Of a stretch of DNA of 44,932 nt, positions 11,101-26,100 are shown piece by piece. Below the pieces are notes generated by a model that worked only from the letters and a program-made list of their open reading frames with translations, had not been told where the DNA came from and made no database searches. Each line of letters starts with the position of its first letter. The first letter of the stretch is position 1. The position numbers were made by a program, and so were the translations under genes. This stretch comes from Catajapyx aquilonaris (taxonomy: Eukaryota). The stretch is from positions 1 to 44,932 of the forward strand of contig JYFJ02003232.1 in NCBI GenBank assembly GCA_000934665.2, in the 5' to 3' direction.

Positions 11101-14100
11101 GGATGTGATGTGACAAAGTGTGACATTTGGGAATGAGGTGCTTGGGCAGATAATCCGAAAATCACCCTAACCCGCATTTTATGTAGTTCCAAGGGACCGA
11201 CACATAAATGGTTTAAAAATCAGGGAAAAAAGAACGATGGCTTTGCTCATTAAGCACAATAATTTTTATCCTTTAAGAGCTGTTAATCTGGTGCAATCTC
11301 CAGCTCTTTCAATGTGTTTATTGCACTCTAAAGCGCGAAATGACTTCGTTCGTTGCACATCGCCTGTCCAGAAAGGTAAACAAAAACCTTCCTTCCGTCG
11401 CCAAGCGTAATTAATTATGCAACCAAGATAAAAGCCTTCAATTCCGGGCTCCTAATGCATCTTTAATGACTTAATGTATGGAGAGTAGGGATGGGAATTG
11501 GTTGGCAGTGGAGGGTATGGCTCCTCTTATTAGAGGACACCTGGATAGTACATTAGTAAGGTCATCTAACAAAGGGAGAATGAACAGTGGTTAAATAAGG
11601 CGTAGAAAAGCGGATAATATCAATTTATATAGCACTAAAAAGCCATTGTTCGCTGGAAAATCCCATGATGCAGGACTTACAAAATTGTTCAGACATATGG
11701 ATTTACTTGCACGTATATTATAGAAAAATTGAGTGGATATGAAATTGGGTAAAAAAAACTGGATGCAACATTACACATCTGCAGCCTGTAATATGAGGAT
11801 AAATGCTTTCTCGAGCCCTTGTCGTGTATAGTGTTCGCGAGTAAGTTTTCTGGCGACTTGAACTTTTGGAGGTGCAGGTGGTGTGAGTGTGCAGGTTCTA
11901 AAAACCTGCGTTTATTAGTCGAATGAAACACTTGCAAGCAAGCGTCTGCATCCTCCCGGGCCATAAGCCATTCCGCTGAGGCAATTCCCAGAAATTAGGT
12001 GTCAGGGCTGCAATGGCTTCCGGGCCAGACTGCTCCGCCACCAGCACGGCTCCATTTATACGCTGGAATGGACTAAGTAAGCCCTGTTTGGGTTAAGGAG
12101 CCGTAACCCGGGCTTTCACCCTCTCACTCATCCTGTTCATGATAACTAAAAATGCTTTGCCTACCAACATTTAAACATAGGTCAATTTTGCCATGTCACT
12201 TGGTTACGCGAGGTCAAGTTTTTTAACTATTCAGTGCTACTGATTCGAGCACTTACAACTTTTACACCTTTTTGCCAAATCAAGACCTGTTCTGCATATC
12301 ACCCAAATACAAGTGGGGGAAAAAAAACAAAATAGGTGTTCACATAAAGAAAGTTGGTATCGATACCTGTACTTGCAGAAATGTAGAAGTTGTGATATAA
12401 CTTTATGTATATGAGAGGGTACGTTTTACACTATTTTTTGTGAGGTGGTTTGGTCAAGAAAGGGTCCCACAAACACTAAAAGGTTGGTAATCGTTCATAG
12501 CCTCTGGTCAGGGAGTGAGAGTAGTAGAGGCAGTTTTCCTCCTCGAGCAGAAGAGAAATCGGTCTGGGAAAATCAGGTACTGGTGAACAGCAGATGTGGA
12601 CAATCTCATCCAGCAAATCTCTTTTATCCGGAGGGGTCTTGGGCTCCAGGCCAGCTTCTTTTCGGTCCCTTTTCTTTAGTCCTCCTCCGGGGACTTAGGT
12701 CTACACTGGATTCCTCGATTTAAGTCCTGTGTGCTGGCTCGTTCCCAGATGCCATTCGTCTCACACATTTTTTAAAAACGTATTCTTACATGAAGGGTGA
12801 CCCACAGCTAAGAAGGGTGTCACCTTATATTTTTAGACCTTAAAATGTGTGAGAGGCAGTATTTTCATATGCACTACATGCCAAAAAAGTTTCTCCAGAC
12901 GTATATTGCGCTATACAATCATCAGAACTCTAGTGTTTATCCTTGGGCGAGTGCGTTTGACCCGCAATTTTTTTTGTTGACATTATGTGGCACCCGCGAA
13001 TAAAAGTCATGTCCTGATTTGGTCAAAAATTCGCTTGCAAAATACTTAATGAAACGTAGTTTTTACATGCTGATGAACTCTGGAGTGGTCGTTAGGTCGA
13101 GTTAGATTTACATCCTGGTGCCTTGATTTTCAGGTACTCTGACCTGCAGTTTTCTCCACCTTAAACCATTTGACTGCAAGTGTAATGAGTGGTCGACTTG
13201 GCAGGCGGTAATGTAATTGCAACCCTTGACAGCTCTGCGTTTAGTTGGCCAGAATGACGGGCTCAAGCTGTCACCACCGACGCGACAAGTACAAGTAGTT
13301 CATCAGGGCTTGTAATTGGATTAGGGCTGGTGGTCAATATGGTTATTCGGCTGAAGGAGCCAATGGGAGAACTGCTTTTCATCCTCTATACATGACGCCG
13401 GTTTGGGAAGCGGGCTAATGGAAGAATCAGTTTTCCGTTTCCTCCAGGGAAGGTGGGGGGTGGGAAACTTTTCATAGAAAGTGCTATAGCCCATCAAAAC
13501 AGGTCTCGCTCCATGAATATACCCGAATAAAGAGCCGAAATTGAGAGGCGGGGCTCCGACCTGAGATCCTTTTGAGAAGAAATCTCGCAAACCAGCGCCA
13601 AAAAAAGTTGGGGGAGCCCGTGGATGAATTATGAACTCATGGAGGAAAGCACGAATGTCATATGCATCAATCCAGCTCAAATTCCTTTTTTTCTCCTGTA
13701 AAAAAAACTCGCTGGATGTCGGCTTGAGTAATATCCTAAGCTCGTCGATAACCTGGTCATGCTCCACACTTTCATCTTTTGAGGGATCCCGCATTTTTTT
13801 GTTGTCACGTCTTCGCGAGATGTTTCCGGGGGAAAGAAGGATCCTTTTTTGCTATTTTTCACCATATGGCTGACGGAAGCCACATTTTGCCACGTTAGCC
13901 AGCATTGGCTCATTTGTAACGGCCCCTTCCATTATGGTAATGCTTCTCATTTTCACCGAAGAAAATGCGACTTAGAGTGGAGCAATTGTGAACAAAGTAG
14001 CCTAATATCATTTGTGGATTAATATTGGGGGCATCCTCAAACAACTCGTTTGATTTCGTCAATATAAGGAATTCAACCATTGCTGCTTAGTTAAATATTC

Positions 14101-17100
14101 TTTAAGCCTTCGAAGTGATACCCCAAATGACCGCAAGATGGCAGAGAACTAGCTGCTTGGTGTGGCCCGTTGGTGTGGCCAACCTAGCCCGCTGCTAAGG
14201 TCCATTGCATTTTACAATGAACCTTACCGCTGCTTATGGAGTTGTGGTATGGATGAAAATAATGATTCGCCATTAGAGGCATATTCGATAGTTTCTGAAA
14301 TCAATGAAAGGTTTTTTCCCTATAGTCTGATGGCAGATGCAATGTCGAAGCTGTCCATCGCTCATACTAGTAAAATAAGAAAATGGCTATCTGAAGTAGT
14401 GCCACAATCTCATCGTTTCACAACAGTCCGAAGCAAGCATGGAGCACAAAATTTTATGCCCGGTCCTTGAAGCTTCCTTGCTGCGTATTGAATTCCTGCA
14501 GGCCTCAGTATTTCCACCCAGAATGAGGTTCCCACAAATATCCACTCGCTCAAATTGCACAAGACAGCACTCAGTTCACCTGCAGTTTTGGCTGTCTCTA
14601 GAAACAAGGAATTGTTACCGACATCTCTAAATGCTTCCTTTCAATCACTGGGATGGGATCAGTCGTGCAATAACCATTTCGCTCTGTAGAAGGATAGGTT
14701 AGCTCCGGTATTTTATGGTGTAACAATAAAGACACTTTGATTTAACTGGAGGAGCAGTAAGTCTGTAAATCTGTTATGATCATGACTACAATATTACTAC
14801 TACTGCCGTATACTACTACTTATGCTACTGATGTGAGTTATCTCAACTAGCTGATTACCATGTAAAAGATGTAAAGCCCTACCTTAGTGCTCTTCTGTAG
14901 TGATGCATGGCTTCTACATGATTGCCAAGGTCTTTTTGCAGGTTGGCGTAATTGTAATGCATCTTGGCGTTGTGTGGAAGTCGTTTCAGGCCGGATCTAT
15001 TACATGAATAAGTGATAATGCTCTTTAGTTACGGCCTTTCCCAAGCAAGAGTACTACAATGTGGAGCACCTTGTGCTGTACTAATGCTTCACTTCATGTA
15101 ATACTAATAAATCGAGGAAACAGTTCCGTACAGCGTCACTGAAGAAGGTAAGTAGCCTAAGAGACAAGGAGAGTGCACACTTTTATGAGTTGACATATAA
15201 CTCCTGCTTCCTCAACAGTAACCGGTAATGACAACAAAATTTTATCCCGTAGACACAGGTGGCAACAGGTAAGCACATTTGTCTATGCTCTATGGGAAAG
15301 AAAATTTTTCTTCGTCGTTACTGGCTAGTATCTCGACATTTCTCATCCATACATTTTTGACTTGTTTAGGGCTGGATGTCACACTAGTAAGAAACACCCT
15401 GCATCGCCTTGCATAGTGCATATCGCCAGGTGCCGTAGTTTTATTGTATTGTTAATTAATTGAGGGGTCTGAGATCAAAAACGACCAAGTCCACTTGAAA
15501 AAACTGGCCGTAAAATGAGCAAAAACTGATGATTACTTGACTTTCACTGGTACAATCTTGAAACTTTTTACGGTAATTAACTACATTTCAAAAAAAATCG
15601 GACCAAATGTATCCAGTCGCAGACAACCATCAGTACACTACAAAAGCCAAGGCTGCTTTTGTTCCCAATTTTCACCTTACAGGAGAATGTTCTTAATGGT
15701 GGTTGTACAGCGCCAGGATACACTTGTCAATTTTTTTACTTGAAGTATTCCAAGAGTAATAAGTTAAGTACAGTATTCTGTACGCTTAGCCGAAGGGAAT
15801 AATTAGGTGAAACACATTTGCATGGGAATTCAGGCACACAAAATTATGTTGTACGCTGTATGCACATGAATATTCCCTGCGGCTCCACAAGGAATTCAAA
15901 CTCGTATTATAAGGAATCCATTGTAATCCTGAAAATTCAAGGAATATCAGACATCTGGATTGCTATCATAAAATTTGTCTTAGAGGAAACTCCTTCTGAG
16001 CTCTACCTTTTCTCTTCCATCCGCCTCAAATGCCAATGCAAATAAAATACCAATCAAGGCTGGTAAAAACTCACGTGAATAGGCTTTCTCTGGACCTCCA
16101 GTCTTGGTTCCTCAGCACAGTCTTGCAAGTGAACAAAGTCAGCAGCATGAAAAGGGTAGCTAGAAACGCTCCTCTGAACCTTTGAGAGTGCAGCATCTTC
16201 TCCAATCCGGCGCTGACCAGCAGGCAGAATCCAATGCTGTCGGATTAAGAGGGGTCTTAAGAAGTCGGCCAGCTGTGACAATCATGAGAGAAACCAATCC
16301 GGAGACGGTGGTATCAATACGTAGCAATCAGACGGAAGAGCCGCGGCCTCACGTGTCTAATCCTGCCTCTCAGAATATCATCCCCCCCTCTCTTCTCTTC
16401 AAATCTGTCTCCTTTAAATCTCCTCCGTCCACATGACCCATACCAGACACTAGAGGGCTAGCTGAATAGCAAGGAAGATAAATGCACCGCCGGACTTCGA
16501 GTATTGATCCCCCCCCCCCCCTCNCCCAGCCAGAAGCATCTTGGTACGTTCAGAAAAGGGGGATATGTATGTCTTTGCTCATTGAACCTGAGAAAATATT
16601 TATGTTATCTTTCAATTAAAGGAGGGATCACGGTGGGCTCAAAAAACAACGGAGGTAGAGATATTCTCAATTTATGCAAAGGGAGTAATTGTTTCATGGC
16701 CGAACTGCCTCCATCCTAAGGCAGGAATTATATCCAAGACTGGATTTACCTGGATATACACTGGGTGGTACAGTACTGTTCTAGCAAATTACTTTCTCAC
16801 TGTACATTCTAGGAATATATTTGTTAGGTGAAGGGTAGTCCAAATAAGCTGGTCTAGGAAGGTTATAGAAACGGTTTGGAAACTACCCGTCATTTTCATA
16901 TTCATCATATCGTAGGGCTGTTTGTACACTATTTTAACGAAATGAAGGGGATAGTATCACCTGAATGCTTTGCATAGGATTAAGTTAGGCATATATAAAG
17001 CAACATTCGTAGAATGAAAAAATGTACTATGTCGCTCAAAAAGGTGGAGACGATTTTCATTGAAGCCAAATGCAAAAGTGTCTCCATCATTTTGAGCGAT

Positions 17101-20100
17101 ATAGTACCTCCGTGTCCGTTATAACCTAACACAAAAATGCAGAAATAAGATTTCCTCAATCGCTTTGGATTGATAAGTAATTAAACCAGGATATATTCTA
17201 GTCTACAGAAGCCATATAGGACTTAGGCAGGGATAATTGTGCTTGAACATTTCGAAAAAAAAACAACTAAAATGATAAGGAAGAGGACTCAATACCATTT
17301 AGTGAAGACACGAGCAGGCCAAGAGTGTCCATGCAACATAGACTACTATAGTTATTCTGGCTGTACAAATGTACGATTTCTGTAGACGTGAAGGGGGTTG
17401 GATGTGGGGAAAGGGGGGAAGTGGGGAGGGAGCTTGACATTGCTTAGTATAGTCTCGCGAAAGTTTTGGGTGCACGCGACAACCAGGGCGCCAAGAACAG
17501 TAAGAATAATAATTGCTACAATCGCGGCGTGCAATCAGGGTGATGCTATCATTCAGGACACTTGCACAATGGCCGTTTATTTATGGGGCTGCAGTGCAGG
17601 GCATCACATTACAATTAGTCAACCGGCTTTATCACGCCCAAAAATAAACGATACGATGCAGCTTTAAATGATGGAAGGCAATTACAAAATCATGAACTCC
17701 TGTCCGAGCCTTTGTCATGGAAACATCTGGAATTGCTGCCGGTGGGAACTGAGGCTATGTTTAAAAATTAGGCAAATGTTACAAAATGCAAACTACTAGC
17801 CTTACCTAGGGATGTAGAGTACACGCTCCGCAACCACAAATCCGACTCGAAAAAAAAGATTTGATGCAGGTAAAAATGGCGTCACAAGCAGGAAAATCCC
17901 CACGCTCAAGAGTCGCCTTTCGCGCTCCTGTAAAGGGTATTATACAGTACTATCAGTTTACTTATATTTCCTTACAATATATATTTAACTTATATCAAAG
18001 AAGTAAAAAGTACATAATCATAAGAATACTTAACTAGTTTGAAATTAAGCAAGCAACTAGTCTTAGGCCTGCAAATTCATGTGGTGGTCTAAAATTTTAG
18101 GTGTAGGCGAAAATTCCTTGTAAATCAAGTAGTGCACAGTAATGTGTAGTCATTTATGTTGTGAAGTACTACACTTCGTTGGATTTTTCATTGTCTCACA
18201 TGTAACTTATACTTTTAAAGTGCTCAACATCTATCTAGGAAATAAAAACAAGTAAAAGAGAGGATAGAGGGCTTGAGAGGAAGGATGTGTTCATATTGTT
18301 GGCAAAATTTGAAGACCGTTATCGCCATTTTCCAAGTCCCTTTTTCTCCCATTTCTTTTCCTGAAGTTTACTCCCCTTCTTGATGAGGTATTCACGAAGA
18401 AAGAAAGTTCCAATCGCGACGCAATTTTGCAATACAAATGAAAGTATTCCATCTTGGGAGTCTGTCTGGGAAGCTGCGTTTGCCTGAAAACTCGATTCCA
18501 GCCCTCCAAAACGATTATTTCTCTCCATTCCTTTCTCATTCCTGGTAAATCAGAAAAGAAGCGAGAGCGAGGGCTGCTGGCTGTAATTTCAACTTGAAGC
18601 ACGTGCCAACACTGCCTCGGGATATTCCAAGAATTTTCTTTCCCGCCATTGACTGAGAAGTTGCCCTTCACACATTCTGTGGGCAGTAACAACAATGGAT
18701 CACAATTTAATCTAATGATTACTCGAGAGGAATATATTTACAGCTATTAAAATTAGGATTTATTATAATGGTAGGACTGCAGATGTTATTTTCTTAGATT
18801 CCTTCTTGATGTGGGTTAACTAATAAGCTAATAACTAACCCTCCTGTCACAAAATGTGTGTGTCTTACCTTTGTGCAAGTAAACATCTTTAAAGCCAAAG
18901 CTGCCAAACCAGAGTAAAAAGCCAAAGAAGCAAGATTTCTGGCGTCTCTCCACTCTTGCACCAATGGAATGGATCCCAGCTGCCAATCGTAGCTTAGGGA
19001 AATTGGTGCCAAAAGAAGCCAGAAGTTGAAGGCTGGTAAGTAAGCTAAAGTAAGGAACCTGCAATGGACCGCGGATTTGCTCGTTTTATTTTCAAAGAAC
19101 AAGGATTTCTTGTGGGTTAGTTACCTAGTTTGCAAGTAGGGTTCAAAAGAGGCAGGGTTGTCCTGGTTGCAAAAATTCGGAAGACTGCCGTTGAGCATCA
19201 GCAGCCTGAATGCGATCAAAAGGATACCCTGTAAAAGAAAGTTACGAAGAAATGTAGTAATGGCATTTTCGCACGTCTGAATCCGAAGAGGAAATCATTC
19301 AATGAAAATGTGCACATGCGTCCCGTGGATCTGCAAGGTTTGTAAGGAGTCAAATGACCCAATCAAGAGCTTCAGAATTCAATCCAAAAGCCCTTTCCCT
19401 ATTACATCAGTGGTGGAACATAGCTTTTTGACAATACTATCCTCTATGGCTGCACATGCTACCCTCTTTGGTGGGTTTCCTTTTCAGCTATATAGTAGAG
19501 CACAATACGCATCCGTAAAGTACCGCTTGTCCCGGTATACTCTACAATAAAGAACCGTACCGTTTATATTGTGACTCTATGAACAGTAGGCTACTCACTT
19601 CCAGTGGCTTCCTGCACATTTTGATGAGATAACAAAGATGGGGAGAAAGCCCTAGAATGGAGATACTGAGGCACAGCCTATGAAAGAGTTACGCTTCCAC
19701 GGTACATAAGTGGAAGTCACCTGACCAATATAAGTACTAGTGTGTGGCCAATAAAAGTTGCCGTGGTCCTTTATGCAGGAAGGAATATTTCTACTTAATT
19801 ACGAAGACCTAAGAACAATCGCAGTAACATTTTTGTCAAAAATAAGTCCAGTCAGACATTATTATTTACTACAGTACAGTCCTCGAGGGCACTTTCAGAG
19901 GGCCAAGTCAGTTATCTATGTCTATGATAGGTCTGTAAAAATCTTGTGAAAAAAACCCGGAAGATGCGCAATGTTCACACTTCAAACATTCAAATATTAA
20001 AATCAGACAGATATGACTCTCATCATTCTAGAATATACTCAGGCCTTCAAATTATCATTCTTAAGTTATTTAAATACTTTAATTTAACTAACATATATCG

Positions 20101-23100
20101 ACGATTACTCATCCAGGCGGTTGGTATAGGAGGACAACAAGACATGGTACGAGGCATTAATATTGTAGGCTAACTCATTCTGACGCGAAATATCTTTTAC
20201 TATGTTACTGTATAGTCTATATACTATAGGGCGGTCAGTAACACCCGGTTAGCGAGATCCCTTAGAATATTCTAAGACAAAAATGCTCTACGTAATACTG
20301 TATTTGACTGTGAGACTTAATGACATTGTCGTGAGACAACAATATATTCAGGCAATTCAGCATTTTAGGGAATATTTTCGATTGGTACTCATAGTACTTA
20401 ATACTGTACTACGAGGGCTGTAAATAAAATAGTGGCAGCTATTTAATTACTTGGGACTGGAAATACATGGCAGCTTCAAACTTTCAGAGTCCTTCAATGT
20501 ATCACCAGCATTGTGTAACACCCGTCATTATAGCGATGTGGAAGTCGAAGGATGCCGTTGGCAGCCCTGGTTTGGTGGTTGTTTCGTATAGAGCGGTCTA
20601 AAGCGCGAATAAGGTCTGATGGGATAGTCATACCCAGACGTTTCTTGAGAATGTTCAGGATAGTCATACTCGACAAGCCTGTCTCACAGTCAAATACAGT
20701 ATTATGTAGAGCATTTTTGAAAGTACAATATTCTAAGCTATACAGATATTTCTTAATGATTACCGGTACGACAAACCTGTAAGGTCGTTTTTCTTTGTAA
20801 TAGAGGGTCACTAAACTTTATGTGGCCTGAGTCGTCTTATTACTGATATAATAACTATTTATATGTAGTATAGCATACCGTAGAAAATTAGTATCTGACC
20901 CTATATGGAGCTCGTTCTACAACTATGAGTTCTCTGCGATGGCTTTTGCAGGTACTTTAGCTGCAAAGGAAATGCACTTTTCGACAGCGTATGAAACAAT
21001 GAATTCAGTAATAATCTCCTTCTAAGTAGCTCGATTCAATTGCACATCATAGACAAGCTGAAAATGGGTAACGATCCCGAGATTGTGTGCTAGCATGTCG
21101 ATAACACGCAGTGTGCGGTAGGATGCAAACCTTCCAGAATTTGCTATACTGCATGATGAATAGCTAATTATTCTAGTAACCAGGCGGCGCATACCAAATG
21201 ACACCCCTACAAGCATAAAGTGATCCTACGGTGCAGAGGAATGCTTCCTTACTGGTTTGCATACGTAAGGTATAATTGAACGCACTGCAGAGGCTTGCTG
21301 TTCCGGAAGGATTGGTTGGTTGTTTGGTTGCGCGGGTGTGATCAGGTGTTTTAGCCCCCAGAGGAGCCTTTCACCGCCCAACCGACAATAAGCTACTCAA
21401 TGAATGCAGTCCATGTGTGTGACACTAGATAATGAGAGAGATGGATATGGGTAGAAGGAAGCGGTTATGGACATTCCCGAACAAAAAACCTCCTGGAATT
21501 GTCATCAAATTGACCGGGGCTAACCACGGAATAATCCGATTGTATTTGTCAGAAGAGTCGGCACCAGGATCGAGCCCGAAATCTCCCGAATAACAATCTG
21601 AAATCCTAACCACTACACTAAATGGATTTTGTTATACACCTTCAGTATGATTTTTAATTCAGCTTATTTTCTTATTAATGTCAAATTCACGGCCTGAATT
21701 TGTAATTAACTTGTCTCAAGTACCGCCCTATCCAAAGAAATAAGGTGAACTCATAAATACATTCTTCCCGAATAAATTACAAAGAGCAGGTAGGCCTTCC
21801 CAAAGCCACAATTTGTCAAAATGTGCCAAATGTTCCTAACTAAATGAGTACATTTTAAACACCTTAAGCCAAATACAGGTGAAGTTCCAAGCCCTTAATT
21901 CTCAAGCCGAAAGTGTCAGTAGACCGCCAATTTATGAAGCGGCCATTAACTAAGTGCGTTGTGTACCCCCTCTCCTTTGGCCCTCTACGCATTTAGAGCA
22001 GCCACCAAAATATTACTGGAGCCAAATGACAGTCGAATGGAAATGAGGCTTCCACATAATCTGAAGAGTTATTCTAGTGGCTAAAGCCGGTGGCAGATTA
22101 ATGGCGTGGAAACTCAGGCCTACTATATGCCCATGGAGTTTCCCCCACACTCAGCATCCATTTAGACGCTTCCCTACTGCATAAACTGGCCATCATTTTC
22201 ATCATCGCCAGCATGTGACTTCAGACATTCTCAGCAGACACGAAACAGTAACTGGTGCAGACAAATCCTGTTTGTTTTCTTTACGAGGTTACGAGGGGAG
22301 ATTGCAGGCTCGTAAAACACTCACGCGATCACTTCAGCTCGAGTGCACGAATGTGGAGAGTCGTGGTAATTATTACTCCCCAGTGTAAATGTAAATTAGT
22401 CACACTAAAAAGGAAGCACTACCCTGACAACGGTGCGGTGGGGGAATCCAGCATCCAAGTAAGAAGAGAAACATTTTAGCTGCTAATTCTGAAGTCTGGA
22501 TACTGAAGCAGCCTACACTAGACAGGCGGTCAGTCTTCTCAGAACCTGGAGGTGACGGAGTTAACCAGTGTACCAACCCCTTGACTATAACCCACAGACA
22601 CGAGAAGCACCTGATTGAGGGGTTCAACTCTCGAAAACCTAGACATGGCCTCAAAATATTTTTTCGTTTGAAATGACAGTATGGCTTGAAGCAACTGGGT
22701 CATCACGAGGGGAGATGAAACATAACATTTCATATCTTAAAATCATTTGCTACAGTGTGTAATTATTAACCAACAACAGAACCTTCATGAAAAATGGAAC
22801 TCTTGCAGCGAAAATATTCTCTGAAAATCTTGTCGTGACAAACGCTATGGAGTTGACCGCTGCGAAAGTGAAGGACTAAAGTGAAGAAAGAAAGTATAAA
22901 GAACCGGGACGAGGGTGTAGTATGGGGGTGGAAAGGGCGGGAATGGGGGCCGAAATGGCGGCAGAAGAAGCTTGAAAGTTTCTTTACGGCCACTCTAGTC
23001 CCCGATTCTTCAGACGATATCGGCCATCCCACTGCCCTATGAATCACAAGGTATAGAATCCACATCCTGCTGGCCAACAGATGACGGAGTGGCTCTCTTC

Positions 23101-26100
23101 ACTGCTTATGTGATGTTCAATCGACATCTTATAAAAAATGTTACCGGTAAGGCTTACTTTGGAAGGGGGATTTGCTTAGGTCAGGATGAATGAATGATTA
23201 TTATAAATGAAACAATACTTGCTCCTTGTATGCTTGTATGCTGTCCTTGTATGCTACACAGCCATAACACACGTCACACTTATGAAGGGTTGTTGCTACC
23301 TTTTATTTCCGCTGTGAAAGTACGACTTGGATTCTGGGTAGAGGCCTAGATCTAATCCTAAGGTTTAGTAATACGGTGTATGCAATAAAGAGTCAACCCT
23401 CAAATTTGTCAAAATTGAGTTAAGCCCAGGAACATACACCTAGCTAGTACTTCATTCAGTTCAAATAATGGTGGCGAAATCTGCATACTTCGGCCACAAA
23501 TGACCGAAAAGTTAACTCACAAATTGTGTGCATGGACGGTGTTATGCAATAATTTCTCAACCCACAAAAATGTCAAAACGGAGCTCAGCCCATGACCATA
23601 ATTATAGGCTACCTAAAGGATCCTACTTCATTAAGTTAAAATCACATTGGTGAAATCTGCATACTTCTGCCATAAATGACCGAAAAGAACACTGAATTAA
23701 TTTTACAGGTATGACCTTCAAAGCCCCTTTTCTCAAAACTGTTATCATCTGGGTTGATTCCTTATTGCATAACACCGTCCAGTTGATGATGCACTGGGTA
23801 TATTAGAGTAGATGCAGGCATGTACTTACAGTGCAGCTTAGGACGCACAATCTCTTGATAAGGTTGGCAGTGGAAGAATTTAAGCGCCTGTTAACCAAAA
23901 ACCTGCGGGTGCAAAAAGAGCGTGTTAAAAATCTATCAATATCCTTGCAGAAAAATGATTCAAATTACTAACCTTTTTACCAGATGCCAAGAGAGAGTAA
24001 TGTCACAAAGCGCGTTCACTCCTAAAACTGTAACTCCGTGCTCCTTGGATAACATGGATGCTGTGGCTAACATTATGGAGACTAACAGCGGGAAGCATCG
24101 GTTTGTTACTTTTTCCAAGCAACTGCAGGAAGAAAAATAGTCACCTTGAGGCATAGCGTCAACGTAATACCATTAAGTAGCTTAAATGAGAAAATGAACA
24201 CTACTAAGAGTGGCAATCAGTTTATATTTCTGTAAACTTTTGATTGTTGCCTCCGTAGTGTAGATAATCAACAACGCTTGCTAAACGTGGGAAAGAACTT
24301 AAGAGTAGGCTGTCGTTAATTATTTTGAATGGCGCATAAAAATGTCAAGACTAGAAGATCTGTTTAGGTACTTCTCACGCAACAATACACCTACTTATGG
24401 GTCAAGATTAGGCCACAACAGGCATAAAAATAGTGACCAAATAACCCACTTCATGAACTCGTAAATAAATCCTGAATGTGTGACTTCAGACTCTTTGCGT
24501 GCGAAGAGCATAGGCTGCTGTTCACTCGTAAGTCCCATGGTAAGAAGTGGAACCCACAAGCAGTTCCATCCCATATTTAAAAATAAAACAGTCACCATGC
24601 GACTTACCTTACAGATCGTAAGAAAAACGATTTTACAAAAGTGTTTAGCAAGTAAATTTTTTTCGATTTAAATGTATTTTGAGGTCGAGCTTGGCATGAG
24701 GTATGGGTTACGCATTATTAGTCACTGGGACTCATAAAATGTGTTTCATAAACAAACCCTTTATGAAATGGATCATTTATGATGCGGAACTAATGTTATT
24801 TTGTCATTATAACATGTGCCGTATTATGCGTAACAACATAACTAACACCAGTATTATGAGTATGATGAACCTGCACGTAGGACGGGATGTGAATTTTACT
24901 AGCAGGGCGTTGGACCAAAACCAGACCTATTTGGGAACGGGAAGCGTGGCTTCAATGACCTGTGACCAGGGAAATGGGATTAAATCGCTAATGTGTATCA
25001 CCACCCAGAGTAAATGCTTGGTTAAGCATGAACCTGACATACATTTCCTCTTTTTGACATTGACCTGGAGCCATCATGGTCAACACTTTCAGATAGGAAA
25101 TTTAATGCCTATATGGTGTTAATAAATAAAAAAATAATTAATCCATAATATAGAAAATATTCAATTTCTTTTTACGTTCTTGAACAAACCTTCCTTGGAA
25201 TAATTATAGGTTCCAATTATCTGAGCTAGTAGTCCCAGGATTGATCAATAGATTCAAATCGTGCCTCATCGACCTGTGGTTGTCGTCGCGCATGGACGGT
25301 GATCCCTTTGGGTGATTGCCCTGTCCCCTGAATTTATTCCCTGATTGCCGAACCATTTACTGGTTTCCTTTATCAAGGCTCAAGGAGGAGCGCAAACCGC
25401 TCCTGCAATTGGAAAGCAACCCATCTAATTTCCTCCAAGTCCAGGCTCTCCCCAATTTCCTTCCAAGAGGTCCTATTCCGCAGCTTCTCTATCCCTCTAT
25501 TGAGTGCAAAAGTTGCAAGAAACATGCTACGCACGTAATTAACGCCACGAAATGTAAATGATCGCCAAAGCATTCAGCCAATCTCAAATCTCATGAATCA
25601 ATACAGCGCTCAAGGCAGGTCAATAAACAGACAATTACCGCGATGTCTATGAGCTAGTCAGATAACTATGAGATATAGAGAAGCTGTCATCAGAAAAGCG
25701 TGAAAAAAGAAAATATGGATCTGCACCTAAGTGTGAATGTCACCTCTGATATACAGTATTCCCACTGCAGAAATTTTTAACCACTACTTACTGTAGGCTA
25801 CTATTTACTGGGACTGATGGAACATTATGCTGCAATCGAATCAACTCTTTCCAAGTATAGACGTTCGTCGTTGATCAGGTAATTTTTTTCGTATCCGAGT
25901 TCTAAATGAAAACGCGTTTTGGAACTCTGAAAGCAGAGTATGACGAGCAGTTTCTGAACAATCCTTTCATGGACGTCGAGTGCTGATTGCACTTTTGATT
26001 GGCGGTTCTGACTTGTGAGAATAGTCGGGCAGAACCTTAGGGAAGAAGTGGGAACCGTCTCAAGCTTACCTCATTTGGTGCAAAGAAGCCTCGTTTGTCG

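Noticed and set aside
18291..18695. 134-aa minus-strand ORF and other short intronic ORFs, e.g. 24703-25122 and 25373-25573
   Set aside because: No recognisable domain and not needed for the gene model; consistent with chance ORFs or unrecognisable TE debris
24602..24670. Strong minus-strand donor (AG|GTAAGT) as an extra TMTC exon
   Set aside because: Exons b and c already join in frame, and the upstream translation has no TMTC similarity
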